Of a DNA stretch of 64,000 nt, positions 12,901-25,473 are shown one piece after another. Source of the stretch: Lingula anatina (taxonomy: Eukaryota > Animalia > Brachiopoda). Under the pieces are notes generated by a model, which made no database searches, was not told the DNA's origin, and saw only the letters and a list, made by a program, of their open reading frames with translations. The stretch covers positions 17,816,534 to 17,880,533 of the forward strand of contig CM120644.1 of NCBI GenBank assembly GCA_051362555.1, read 5' to 3'. Within the stretch, counting starts at the first letter, position 1. Each line of letters begins with the position of its first letter. The position numbers and the translations under genes are program-made.

Positions 12901-15900
12901 CATTAAATGAGATTACGTAAAGCACACTTGTTGATATTTCCCTGTAAACTCCCAAAGGTAAAGCTCTCTGCTAGATTAATAATAAGGAAGCAGTGATAAT
13001 TATGCAGGTAAATTTTGTTTAATATTGCAAATAAGTTTTATATATATATATATATATCAAACTGGAAGATTAAAAGTTTGAATAGCATCTTCATTGGAAT
13101 TATATTTACCTCAAGCTCTGCCAAGGGGGTTATATTTTCACCCCTGTTTGTCTGTCATCCACATAACACAAAAAGTTATGGACCGATTTTGCAGAAATTT
13201 TCAGGAACTGTCGGAAGTGGGCCAAAGAGGACAATGATTAATTTTTGGTGGTGGTCCGGATCAATAATCAATCAATTATCAATAATAATCAACAATTGCT
13301 GCCTTGGCAGAGGTCTGCACTCTCAAAGTGCTTTTCTAGTTTTGTTGTTTTCCTTTATAATTTTTTCTCAAACACTTGCATTTGTGACTTTTAACTCTCA
13401 TCTGCCTGGGGCTCTGCACATTTTCTGTATTTCTACATAAGCAGTTGTATTGTTTTTTATGTCTTTAAACATTATGTAATATTATTTTATGCACTGTCAT
13501 CATTTTTCAAATATTGAGACTTTCATAATGTGAATTTGAACTCTCATGGTCCTGAAACTGTAATCTTATTGAAGGGGTGGATTGAGACCATCTTCTGGGT
13601 CTTCCGGAAGACAGTCAGGTTATTAAGTTTTTATTGACTGGTATCTATTTTTTTTCTGTTGGAATCCCATCAAAATGGAGGATGGATCAACATAGATACT
13701 TTGTAATACTGTCAGAAAATATCTCTGGGTCTGCTCCTGTTATTGACCATGTTACCTGTTGTGCAAGATTAAAATTCAGTGTTGACTGACAGTGCTATTA
13801 TAAGCATTATTTATTATTGCATCAAAATTGACAAAATGACCTTTTTTGCATCTTTATTTTCTGTTTTTCGTCTGTACATTTGACAGCTTTGCTGCCTTGT
13901 TAGTGAATTTAGGCTATTTTTTCTCTTTTTACAGCATATATGCAGCACCGATAACACCATAAATGGAAAACCATTTGACCTTTTGGCTTGAAACCTACAG
14001 AACTGATGAATATTCATAATACACAGGTCAAGTTCGAAAATCAGCATGATTGGGTCATTTTTAGTGAATTAAGGCTATTTTTTCACTTTTTTTCAGCATT
14101 TTTGCAACACTGATAACACAATAAATGAAGAGCTGTTTTACCCTTTGGCTTGAAACTTACAGAACTGATAAATATTCATAATACGCAGGTCAAGTTCGAA
14201 AATCAGCACGATCGGGTCACTTATAGGGAATTTATGCTGTTTTTTTTTTCACTTTTTTCAGTATATATGCAACACTGATAACACAATATAAGAAAAACAG
14301 ATTGGCCAATTGTCATTATACTCACAGGAGGGGCCAATCTTACTAAAACGCAGGTTGAGTTTGAAAATCAGCATAATCAGTCCATTATTTTAAAAGGTAA
14401 TGCTGTTTTTTCACATTTCCTCACATTCAATTCTTAGGCATGTTAACAGTCTCATTATTGAACTAATAAGATACGTAAATGTGTTTGTTTGGCATTTCCT
14501 GCATCTTTACAACATTGTTAGTTGATTTTGTAAAAATGATGGTAAACTTGTTATCATGTATTGTGTAATAAAGTGTCAAAAATGGAAATAAACTCATATC
14601 ATTGCAGTTTGTCAGATGCATTCATCCACTATGTACAGAATCTCAGAATGGAGGAAGTTGGGCATTTAAAACTGTCCTATTGATACTTTTCCCATCTCAT
14701 CAATTTTCTTCATTGGTCATATAAAAATGGCAGTAAACTGTTTATTTTGTTTTATGTTAAAAAAGTGTTAAAAATGGAAATAAACCCATTTCAGAACAGT
14801 GCTGTATTGTTTACATTTTGGCATTTTCAATATGTGACTTTGAAGTTCCATGGGTCTGAAGGCTTTTGCTAGTCACATTTTCTGAATAACCATGATACTA
14901 ATATTTTATAATTAAAAATTGATGGTCATTATGCTGTAAAACATTATGTAATATTGCATGAAAATTTGAAGAAACCCCTATTTTGGGCACTGCTCCCATG
15001 ATGACCATTTAAGGAAAATCATGTCACTTACTGTTCTCAAACTTACAGGAAAGAAACATGGGACTAAAATACAGCTCCAGTAGGCAATACAGTCTGTTTG
15101 GTAAATTTTTCTGGCAATTAAACAGTTTTTTGTAAAAATTTAATTTTTCACTTATTGGCATTTTCAAGGTGTGACTTTGAAGTTCCATGATCCTGAAGAC
15201 CTTTGCTTGTCACATTTCCTGAATATCCGTGATACTAATATTTTATAATTAAAAATTGATGGTCATTATGCTGTTAAACATTATGTAATGTTGCATCAAA
15301 ATTTGAAGAAACCCCTATTTTGGGCACTGCTCCCATGATGACCATTTAACAAAAATCATGTCAATTACTGTTCTCAAACTTACAGGAAAGAAACATGGGT
15401 CTAAAATACAGCTTCAGTAGGCAATGCAGTCTGTTTGGTAAATTTTTCTGGCAATTAAACAGTTTTTTGTGAAAATTTAATTTTTCACATATTGGCATTT
15501 CCAAGGTGCGACTTAGAACCTCCACGGGCTTGAAGACCCGTGCTAGTCACATTTTGTGAAAATCCATGACACTTATATTTTATTATTAAAAATCGATGGT
15601 CATTATGCTGTTAAGCATTATGTAATGTTGCATCAAAATAGAAGAAAACACAATTTTTGGTGCTGCTGCCTTGATGACCATTATGGAAAAACCGTGTTAC
15701 TTATGACTGTCAAACTTTCAAAAAAGAAACACAGGACTAAAATGCAGCCTGAGTTAGAAAAGCAGTCTAATTGGCTTCTTTTTCTGGAAGTTATACATTT
15801 TAGTGTTATATTCATTATCTTTTTTGGCATATTCATTGTGGGACTCGGAGCTCCCATGGACATGAAGCCAAATGGTAATCATATTTTCTACATGTCCATC

Positions 15901-16573
15901 CTATTTATAGTCAATAAACAAAAATTGGTGATAATTATTTTCTAATTTATTATGTAATGTTACATCAAAATTGACAATCTTTTTGCACTGCTACTGCAAA
16001 CATTATGAAAAGAAAACTGTGCTACTTATTATAATTTTAAACTTACAAGTACGATTTTTAGGATTGGCCTTCAGCTCATGAGAAAACCAGCTCTATTGGA
16101 TTATCATGTTTATTGTATTTATGCATTTTTTGTGAAATTTTCATTTTTCTCATTCTGGCACTTTCTAAGTATAAACTTGAACTCTGATGGGCCTGAAGCC
16201 TTATGCTTTTACTTTCGTCTGTGTTACCTGTTGTGCATAAGTTGATGTTGACTGTGCAGTTAAACATAATGTATTATTGCATCAGGATTGGTAGTCTCCT
16301 ATTTTGGGCATTATGGTTTTGTGCTTTTCTTAAGGTGTGACTTATGGGCCTGAAGACCTTTGAGTGGGTCAGTCTGTAAATTACCCTTGGGTATCACTAG
16401 ATTAATTTCAGAGTTATAAAGTCATTTGCTTTAATAGGCCATTAAATGAGATTACGTAAAGCACACTTGTTGATATTTCCCTGTAAACTCCCAAAGGTAA
16501 AGCTCTCTGCTAGATTAATAATAAGGAAGCAGTGATAATTATGCAGGTAAATTTTGTTTAATATTGCAAATAA

Positions 16574-16650
<77 letters not shown>

Positions 16651-18112
16651 AACTGGAAGATTAAAAGTTTGAATAGCAGCTTCATTGGAATTATATTTAC
16701 CTCAAGCTCTGCCAAGGAGGTTATATTTTCACCCCTCTTTGTCTGTCATCCACATAACACAAAAAGTTATGGACTGATTTTGCAGAAATTTTCAGGAACT
16801 GTCGGAAGTGGGCCAAAGAGGACAATGATTAATTTTTGGTGGTGGTCCGGATCAATAATCAATCAATTATCAATAATAATCAACAATTGCTGCCTTGGCA
16901 GAGGTCTGCACTCTCAAAGTGCTTTTCTAGTTTTGTTGTTTTCCTTTATAATTTTTTCTCAAACACTTGCATTTGTGACTTTTAGCCCCAGGCAGGCTGT
17001 CATCTGCCTGGGGCTCTGCACATTTTCTGTATTTCTACATAAGCAGTTATATTGTTTTTTATGTCTTTAAACATTATGTAATATTATTTTATGCACTGTC
17101 ATCATTTTTCAAATATTGAGACTTTCATAATGTGAATTTGAACTCTCATGGTCCTGAAACTGTAATCTTATTGAAGGGGTGGATTGAGACCATCTTCTGG
17201 GTCTTCCGGAAGACAGTCAGGTTATTAAGTTTATATTGACTGGTATCTATTTTTTTCTGTTGGAACACCATCAAAATGGAGGATGGATCAACATAGATAC
17301 TTTGTAATACTGTCAGAAAATATCTCTGGGTCCGCTCCTGTTATTGACCATGTTACCTGTTGTGCAAGATTAAAATTCAGTGTTGACTGACAGTGCGTTA
17401 TTTATTATTGCATCAAAATTGACAAAATGACCTTTTTTGCATCTTTATTTTCTGTTTTTTGTCTGTACATTTGACAACTTTGCTGCCTTGTTTTTTTAAA
17501 GCAAAGGGTCTTCTTCAAGTGTAAGGCCTGGTGCCATCTTGGTCCTCCACTTTTCAGTCGATTGGATAAGCTCGTTGTTGGACAGGCATTGTTTTGTTGC
17601 AATGGCATTAGGCTAGCTGTCAGCATATGATGTTCTATATATGATGTCTTCCTTTACTTCTTCTTCCTTCAGTTTTCCCTTAGAGAACAAGTTTTTCTAT
17701 TCCTTCCTTTCTGCTGGTATGACAAAGAGATTTCCTTTGCCTTTTTTTGATTATTTTCATTATTGAGTGTTGTACATGTACTAGTACTCCTGCAGGTTGG
17801 GTTTAAAAAGCAGTCTGTAGGACTCCTTTTGCCATTTTCCTTATTTGTACAGATTGCATTTAAAAATGAACTTTGAGATATCTTCAAACAAACCCAAAGT
17901 GCAAGGTGGTTGGATTTTAAAAAGTCCTTACGAGTCATTTTGTCATTTCACTCATTTGTACAAATTGCATTAATTTCAGGATGAACTGTGGGGCAGACAT
18001 CTTCAAGCACAAGCCCAAAGTAGTGCAAGACAGTCAGAACTGGATGATGGGACATATGTTCAAGTTCTATGTAAAGAATGCAAAGCTGTTTTATGTCGAG
18101 GTGAGTTGGTTT

Positions 18113-18160
<48 letters not shown>

Positions 18161-21100
18161 TTTAATTTAAAAATGACAACCAAATACCTCATCGGAGTTA
18201 TTTGTACTGCTTAGAAATGAAAATAATAATATTATTATTATGACTGTCCTAACTTTTTTATTGCAGGAAATTTTATCATTAAAAAGGGAAGTCACTATAT
18301 ATGTGTAGATCCAGACTTTCCAAAGAAGATTAGAGAGGAAAAAATAAGAAGAAAAGACTTTAGAACAGATGCACAAGTTGGTGAGTCGATATATATTCTA
18401 CATGCATCTGCTTGATTAAAGCATACACTGAGCATTAGGCCTTTACACAGTGAAAGTCTCAAATTCTTGGAAAGTTTAAGCCATTTCTCTTTATCACCAT
18501 GTTTAATTCTGTCCTGAACAGTTCACAATTTATGTTCTATCCATACACCAGTTTTTATGTACAGACACTTTACTTCTACTTCCTTCAGTTTTCCCTTAGA
18601 GAACAAGTTTTTCTATTCCTTCCTTTCTGATGGTATGACCCAGAGATTTCCTTTGCCTTTTTATGTACAGACACAGATGTGTCTGTACATATTGCCATCA
18701 CCTGCGTCTGTCGTCGCCGATGCCGTCGCCGGCGCCGTGCACTTTCCTTGTAAACACGATAAGTGGAGGGCAGTTTTACTTTTTGGCTTAATATTTACAG
18801 AGCTGATGAATATTCATAAAACGCAGGTCAAGTTCGAAAATCAGCATGATGGGGCCATTTTAAGGGAAGTTATGCTGTTTTTTTACTTTTTTCAGCATAC
18901 ATGCAACCCTGTAAACACATTTTAAGGAAAACCTTTAGGCCTGTTGTCATGAAACTCACAGGAGTAATCAGTCTTATGAAAACGCAGGTCAAGTTTGCAA
19001 ATCAGCATGATCGGGCCACTGTTTTAGTAGTTATGCTGTTTTTTTTTTTCATTTTTCAGCATATATGCAACACTGTAAACACAATATACGTAAGAAAAAC
19101 AGATTGGTCAATTGTCATTAAACTCACAGGTGTGGTCAATCTTACTAAAATGCAGGTTGAGTTTGAAAATCAGCATAATAGGGGCATTATTTTATAAGTT
19201 ATGCTGTTTTTTCACATTTCCTCAGATTCAACTCTTAGGCATGTTAACAGTCTCATTATTGAACTAATAAGATACGTAAAAGTGTTTGTTTGACATTTCC
19301 TGCATCTTTACAACATTGTTAGTTGATTTTGTAAAAATGATGGTAAACTTGTTATCGTGTATTGTGTAATAAAGTGTCAAAAATGGAAATAAACTCATAT
19401 CATTGCAGTTTGTCAGATTTAATCATTCACTATGTTCAGAATCTCAGAATGGAGGAGATTAGACATTTAACACTATTCTATTGATATTTTCCCCATCTCA
19501 TCAATTTTCTTAGTTGATCATATAAAAATTGCAGTAAACTGTTTATTTTGTTTTATGTTTAAAAAATTGTTAAAAATGGAAATAAACCCATGTCAGAACA
19601 GTGCTGTCTTATTTCACATTTCCTCAGATTCAATTCTTAGGCATGTTAACAGTCTCATTATTTAACTAATAAGACATGTAAAAGTGTTTGGTTGACATTT
19701 CCTGCATCTTTACAACATTATTAGTTGATTATTTAAAAATGATGGTAAACTTATTATCGTGTACTGTGTAATAAAGTTTCAAAAATGGAAATAAACTCAT
19801 ATCATTGTAGTTTGTCAGATTCAATCATTCACTATGTTCAGAATCTCAAAATGGAGGAAATTGGACATTTAACACTATTGTATTTATATTTTTCCCATCT
19901 CATCAATTTTCTTAGTTGATCATATAAAGATGGCAGTTACCTGTTAATTTTGTTTTATGTTAAAAAAATTGTTAACAATGGAAAAAAAAACATTTCAGAA
20001 CAGTGCTGTCTTGTTTACGTTTTGGCATTTTCAAGTTGTGACTTTGAAGTTCCATGGGCCTGAAGACCTTTGCTAGTAACATTTTCTGAATATCCATGAT
20101 ACTAATATTTTATTATTAAAATTGATGGTCATTATGCTGTTAAACATTATGTAATATTGCATCAAAATTTGATAAAAACCTATTTTGGGCACTGCTCCCA
20201 TGATGACCATTTAAGAAAAACAATGTCACTTACTGTTCTCAAACAGTACAGTAAATATGTACAGATGTGTCCGTACGTATCGCCATCACTGTCGCCGGCA
20301 CTGGCGCCGTGCACTTTCATTGTAAACATGATAAGTGGAAGGCAGTTTTACTTTTTGGCTTAATATTTACAGAGATGATGAATATTCATAAAACGCAGGT
20401 CAAGGTCAAAAATCAGCATGATCGGGCCATTTTAAGGGAAGTTATGCCGTTTTTTAACTTTTCAGCATATATGCAACACTGTAAACACATTTCAAGGAAA
20501 ACTGATAGGCCTGTTGTCATGAAACTCACAGGAGTAATCGATCTTATTATAACGCAGGTCAGGTTCGAAAATCAGCATGATCGGGCCACTGTTTTAGTAG
20601 TTGTGCTTTTTTCTTCACTTTTCAGCATATATGCAACACAGTAAATACAATATGAGAAAAACAGATAGGCCAATTGTCATGAAACTCAGAGGAGTGGTCA
20701 TTCTTGCTAAAACGCAGGTTGAGTTCAAAAATCAGTTTAATCGGGCCATTATTTTAAAGAAATGACGTTTTTTCACATTTCCTCAGATTCATTTCTTAGG
20801 CATGTTAACAGTTTCATTATTTAATTAATAAGATACGTAAAAGTGTTTGTTTGGCATTTCCTGCATCTTTACAACATTATAAGTTGATTATGTAAAAATG
20901 ATGGTAAACTTGTTATCGTGTATTGTGTAATAAAGTTTCAAAAATGGAAATAAACTCATATCATTGCAGTTTGTCAGATTCAATCATTAAAATTTGATGT
21001 TGAATTTGCAGTTTAACATAATGTACTTTTGCATCAGAATTGATAGTAGCCTATTTTGTGCATAGTTATTTCCTGTTTTTTGTCTGTACATTTGACAGCT

Positions 21101-21991
21101 TTGCTGCCTTGTTTTTAGTTTTTGAGTGAAAAAAAATCTAGTATTGCAGTCACTCTTGAAGAGAGAGAGAGAGACTTTTTAGTTTTTGTTGTGTCAGCAA
21201 AAAAAGGAACTTGTAGACATTTAGGGACCATTCCCACACATACTTGGATCGATCTATCTCTCTGGGGAGTCTCACTAAATTGCAATCAAACTAACTGGCT
21301 TAAACGTCTGTCACGTTAGGGGGTAATTCTGTAGGCGTGACATACATTTAAGCCTCTTGAGCTGATAGCAATTTAGCTTGAACCCCAAGGGAGTTAGGTT
21401 GATCCAGATGGATCGATCTAAGTATGGGAACCCAGTCTTAGAGTAGGTTTGTAGACTGTATTTTCATCAGTCGATTTGAGTGTATCTTTATCATTATAGG
21501 GTATATCTTGGTGGTAAAAGAAAATTACTGAATTTTCCATTTTATTATTCTATTATACATGGGATTATTATGGTCTCACACAGACTATATGCCTTTGATG
21601 GAATCATCTTTAAACAGATGAATTAAATACCAGTTTTAAGAATGAATATAATAATTTTTAAATAACTAGATAGCATTTAGTTATTTTCTTAACTTTGCAA
21701 GCTTGATTAATTGACCTGTTAATTACTATCAATTGGTGTACATATGTATTGGGTTACTATTTGTGAACGATTCTGATTTATTTTGCTTTAGGTAGGTCAA
21801 TGTGTGTGAATTTCACCTGTGGGCAGTCTTTTGGGCCTGTACTAGAATACAAGCAAGGCTCACGTAGGAAAGGCTACACCCTCTCCAAGGAGAAGATTAT
21901 GCTGCTCTACCCAGGGCAACTAGAGCCAGTACAAGTGAAGAAATGGCCTTCAGTTTGTTTCAATATAGTTGAAGAAAAAGTCAATGAGTAA
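1..21991 (+). CDS. RIG-I-like receptor (DDX58/IFIH1/DHX58 family) DExD/H RNA helicase, 5'-partial; exons <1-406, 2350-2506, 2798-2962, 4420-4724, 17980-18100, 18267-18380, 21792-21991
   Basis: Phase-consistent GT/AG exons. Hel2i (FLRDLNSALMLYDDLRGKDAL), motif IV (SRGIVLIRTR), motif V ([18 protein letters not shown]), motif VI (QSKGRAR), pincer, and a Zn-binding CTD (LCKECKAVLC, SHYICVDPDF, CVNFTCGQSFG, KKW). Stop TAA at 21989-21991. Confidence 0.92.
2350..2506 (+). CDS. RLR exon (Hel2i/Hel2 junction)
   Basis: cacag|SPEVETK...SNKMLEELYRLLTEQFEKNPESRG|gt; phase 0 to 1. Confidence 0.85.
2798..2962 (+). CDS. RLR exon (Hel2 motifs IV-IVa)
   Basis: tacag|GIVLIRTREGCSALERCIEE...GRMTGQSGDTSMTDVQQQKVIKAFKKG|gtcccc (weak donor); phase 1 to 1. 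Confidence 0.85.
4420..4724 (+). CDS. RLR exon (motifs V, VI and pincer)
   Basis: aacag|[53 protein letters not shown]...KEKQ|gtagga. Confidence 0.92.
4801..5025 (+). pseudogene. Decayed copy of GALNT exon 4a and its upstream intron, inside the RLR intron
   Basis: Aligns by eye to about 54221-54440 (e.g. ccacttcttgcaagaattaa, cagtcttggtcccggacat, gatatgataagctcggagactctc, gtgtcggtggcttctggtgg). In the GALNT frame GAA became TAG and CAG became TAG, with a small deletion; truncated at 5025. Confidence 0.93.
13105..13341 (+). mobile_element. Short DINE/HINE-like element of a second family, nested in the large one
   Basis: Subterminal IRs CTCTGCCAAGG...CCTTGGCAGAG, 3' hairpin GCACT-ctcaa-AGTGC, end CTAGTT. 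Confidence 0.72.
13572..13739. mobile_element. hAT-like MITE (CAGGGGCGGAT TIR family); duplicate near 17174-17340
   Basis: Homologous to 55354-55521 and 58335-58498; flanked by the direct repeat TTATTG. Confidence 0.65.
16579..16648. repeat. (TA)n microsatellite
   Basis: Direct reading; much longer than the paralogous tract at about 13039-13057. Confidence 0.95.
16696..16932 (+). mobile_element. Second copy of the short DINE/HINE-like element
   Basis: Same structure as 13105-13341, within the duplicated block. Confidence 0.72.
17980..18100 (+). CDS. RLR exon (pincer end, CTD CxxC)
   Basis: ttcag|DELWGRHLQAQAQSSARQSELDDGTYVQVLCKECKAVLCRG|gtgagt; a different frame from the listed ORF 17981. 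Confidence 0.85.
18115..18156. repeat. (GA)n microsatellite
   Basis: Direct reading. Confidence 0.95.
18267..18380 (+). CDS. RLR CTD exon
   Basis: tgcag|GNFIIKKGSHYICVDPDFPKKIREEKIRRKDFRTDAQVG|gtgagt; phase 1 to 1. Confidence 0.85.
18658..21116 (+). mobile_element. More diverged Helentron/DINE-like copy in the last RLR intron
   Basis: Same head at 18663, a partial second head near 20257, and the same tail at 21082-21116. Confidence 0.8.
21224..21437. mobile_element. PIF/Harbinger-type (Tourist-like) palindromic MITE
   Basis: Imperfect TIRs (ttccca...gatcgatc / gatcgatc...tgggaa); TTA on both flanks. Confidence 0.7.
21792..21991 (+). CDS. RLR last coding exon (CTD second Cys pair)
   Basis: tttag|GRSMCVNFTCGQSFGPVLEYK...VQVKKWPSVCFNIVEEKVNE*. 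Confidence 0.88.
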
Positions 21992-23058
21992 CTTTTATTT
22001 TCACTGTCTTTAAGTAATTACAGTAGTCAGTATCTGGGGAGAGTATTTATCGACTAGTATGGAGAAAGCTCATGATTGCATGCATGCACGCATGAACACG
22101 CATACACGCACTCGCACACAGCAATTTTATTCAGTGTATGACAAGAAAAAGTTACTGTTACTGCAAAATGTACCAAAGTTGTAGATGTATTGAACCATCA
22201 AAAAATGAAGACTGTAATGTGTGTTTAGAAATGTAAAATTTGTCCTGTGAACCTGAAAAGGTCGAGGGTTAAATATGTCGTAGGCTTGGGATGAATTACA
22301 GATCCAGCTAAGTTGCTTCCGCATTTTTTATTTATTTATTTTTATAATTATTTTTATTAATTTTTTTTTTAATTTTGATCATGGGTTATTACCTAATTCC
22401 CAATGAAGCTATCATTCTACAAAGATCGATCCAAGTCAAGTCGGGGACTCTCGCTGAATGCAGTCAGGTGAATAGCATGCCTCCGCAAGAAGCCAGAGGG
22501 TGATTTACTTAAGTTTGTATTTAGTTGCACTCAGTACAAAGGGAAAAGGCTTCCAGATGCCGTATGACTGCACTCAGCAAGAGTTCCCTTGAAGTTTGAT
22601 CTATGCAGAACGATAGTTTAATGGAAACATGCGCTTATTAAATCACTGTCGTAATGAGGTGATTACTTTAAAATTTTTTGATCATCAAATTTTGTCGAGA
22701 TATTACATTTTCAGTTATTCATGAAAACTTATCAATGAATGCACGAATAATGTTTGGCTTGCCTGTTGTCTGTTAATGTTAACTACTTATTATACATCAT
22801 TAAGAATACAAAATTATTATTATAAATGAATAGATATAATATTTGTGGTCATTTTTACGATTGATTTTGGTTAACAGGGACATATCTGCATAACAGTTGC
22901 ATATATCTTTTATTTATTTTTAAATATTAAAATATCTAGATATTAAAATATCTGTTTTAATAGAAAAGTTTATCAAAACTATAAAAATGATGATACCTGT
23001 GATGTTATTCAGATCTGTTCATGTACCTAAATGGCTGGCTGATCTCTTCCCATTCACT

Positions 23059-23059
<1 letters not shown>

Positions 23060-23116
<57 letters not shown>
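23060..23116. repeat. (AT)n microsatellite
   Basis: Direct reading. Confidence 0.95.
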
Positions 23117-23123
<7 letters not shown>

Positions 23124-23442
23124 ATACTGGTGCAATGCTGGTCATTAAGATGAACATATATCATAAAAATGCTTTTAAAGTATGACATATATGAGCTATT
23201 GATCTTGAAGTTTGTTACTATATGTTAAAAATTTTGTCTGAGCAAATTTTGGCAATTAGTATATGTAATGAGAATTTTGTGCTTCATACCAGTTACGACT
23301 TTAATATTTATGATTTTAAATATTTGAATTTCATTGTACTTGTCTCTTATTATTTTGTGCCAAGGATTTGATCTCTGTACCCCTTTTCACATCACTCAGT
23401 ATACTGGTACTTAATTGAACTTACTAAAGATTCTTTAAGCAA

Positions 23443-23444
<2 letters not shown>

Positions 23445-23512
<68 letters not shown>
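23445..23512. repeat. (AT)n microsatellite
   Basis: Direct reading. Confidence 0.95.
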
Positions 23513-23514
<2 letters not shown>

Positions 23515-24092
23515 TTGTTTTTAGAAACTGACAACTTAGCCTGGAAACAGAGTCATGTCAGCAGAGCCTGTACTCAACATGGCCAGTATTACCTAAACAG
23601 AAGGAAACACGCTTGTAAAACACTGCTTTCCCATAACCTTATCCAACTAGCAGAATTGATTTACCTCGGCATGAATATCTTGCTAAGGCACAGTCAAAGT
23701 AATTAGCTAACTGTCTAGCACACCCCCTTGCAACAACATCATGGAAACAATAATCTCCCGACTTAAACAAATACTATAAATAACTATAGGACGTGCCAGA
23801 TGTTTAAGACGCTTAAACTGAATGCAATTTAGCAAGAATCCCCAAAGAGTTAGATCGATCCAGCTAGTATGATAGAGGTTGTTGGAACAGCCCCATAGAG
23901 TGTAAATGTAAAAAAAAAAAAAAAAAACTTTAGTATAATTAGATTTAAGGCTCACTTAAAGTTTACCTGTATAGACTGTATCACTAAAGCATTCTGTTTG
24001 ATGTGAAAAGGACTTGTCAGTGTGTGAATATAATGAAATCATATCAAGGACATATATATCTGGTATGTTAATGACTTACCACTGTTCTAATG

Positions 24093-24320
24093 GAGAGCAT
24101 TCACATCGAAAAGAGCCAAGGTCTAGCAAGGCCGAGACCTAAATATGGTGGACCTACATGAAAGAAAGACCACGTAATCCTTTAATGGTCTCTCAAGAAA
24201 TGTCACTTGAATGTCATTGAGAGACCGTTCAAGGATTATGCGGCCTTCCTTCCATGTAGGTCCGCCATATTTAGGTCTCGGCCTTGCTAGACCTCAGCTC
24301 TTCTTGATGTGAGTGCTTTC
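24093..24320. repeat. Long imperfect inverted repeat (~100-bp arms), probably a foldback MITE
   Basis: ggtctagcaaggccgagacctaaatatgg pairs with ccatatttaggtctcggccttgctagacc; a related half copy lies near 56797-56886. Confidence 0.8.
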
Positions 24321-25473
24321 TTGCTGTACACAGAGTACGGTAATTACTCGATCTTTTCAGTAGGCAAAAATGATCAAACTTGATGTACATCATAAAAATT
24401 ATATTTTCATATACCATTTGTGGTGCTTTTACTGCATAAAATAGAGCTATAGAATAACTTGTTTTTTAATTTTGTTGCTACCACTCAATAGTTCGAAATG
24501 TTCTACTTTATAGAAAGTATGACTTGAAAATTTAGTATCTGTAACATTCATGATTTTCTACCATTGAAATGATAGAGTAATTACAGTATTGTTTATATAA
24601 ACATGGAAGTATTTTATGGAAATTTATAAAATGATACAAAAATTATATATCAGTAAAATAATCTGTTGGATTTTCATGCAATAAATGCTTGTATTTCATG
24701 AAAAGAATATGCTGAGTGTTTTCTTTGTCATTTTTTTCTGGAACATTACAGAACAAACGATCGTTATTTTTACTTTTCGTAAAATGACAGTATTTGGTTC
24801 ATTAAAAAGTGTATTTTTAAATCATTTGCCTCTGATACACTTTGTAATGGGCATATGAATAATGTTTAGGATGCATTGACTCAAGTCTCGAAGGTATTAA
24901 TAATACACATTGAGGATAAAAAGTAGGATCTTTCTGGTGTTTATTTATTTAATTAATATTTAATTGTCTTTGCTTGCTTGCTGCACACCATCAGATAAAG
25001 CTTTGAGCAAAAGTAATAATTTCATCATTTTGGAAGACTCACATGTTAGGTCGTGAAAAATTATCACAGTAATTACTGAGTAAAAAAGAAATTGGAAAAT
25101 TGTGTCCAGACACGTGCGCTTCGGTGCCTGTTTTTGACATTTTACTGCCGTCAAACACTTCAAATATCAGTAATGTAATTGTGATATTACTATAAATAAA
25201 AACTATCTCTTGATTAGAATCATACTGAAATAAAAATTACATTATGTGTAATTGTATTATGACGTCTTCAATTTATGCGGCAATCGAGTATTAGTCTCGT
25301 TCGAGGCTAAATTTGTATTGCGTTTGCTAAGGCTTCGTTCGAGTAAGCAGGTGGGAGCAATTGCCATCGCAAATGGCGATTGGCCGCTATACTTGCGTGC
25401 GGTCGCAATTTGCGATGCTTTCGAGTTATACAGCCTTGGCATATATGCCTCGATTTTGTGAGTTGCACTAGTT

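Larger units (their letters stand above)
10377..17491 (+). repeat. About 3.5-kb direct repeat (10377-13900 vs 13901-17491), the 3' portions of two Helentron copies
   Basis: Near-identical blocks; paired ORFs 12168/15556 and 13015/16564 share the same translation. Confidence 0.9.
5026..17497 (+). mobile_element. Nested/concatemeric array of non-autonomous Helentron (DINE-1/HINE-like) elements with central tandem repeats
   Basis: Head = T-run, ATGTACAGAC..GTCTGTACAT stem-loop and (GTCGCC)n microsatellite at 5031, 6930, 7325, 7705, 8224, 8772, 9307, 9855. Internal 161-bp and ~336-bp repeats. Tail = GTCTGTACAT, short CAGC-ttt-GCTG hairpin and T-run at 13870-13901 and 17461-17497. No TSD. Confidence 0.82.

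Noticed and set aside
12168-17070. Hydrophobic ORFs 12168-12419, 13015-13440, 15556-15945 and 16564-17070 as membrane proteins
   Set aside because: AT-rich repeat sequence crossing microsatellites and nested elements; the copies differ by frame-breaking indels.
17981-18214. Listed ORF MNCGADIFKHK... as the RLR exon frame
   Set aside because: The frame starting at 17980 gives the CKEC zinc motif and matches intron phases; the listed ORF runs into the GA repeat.
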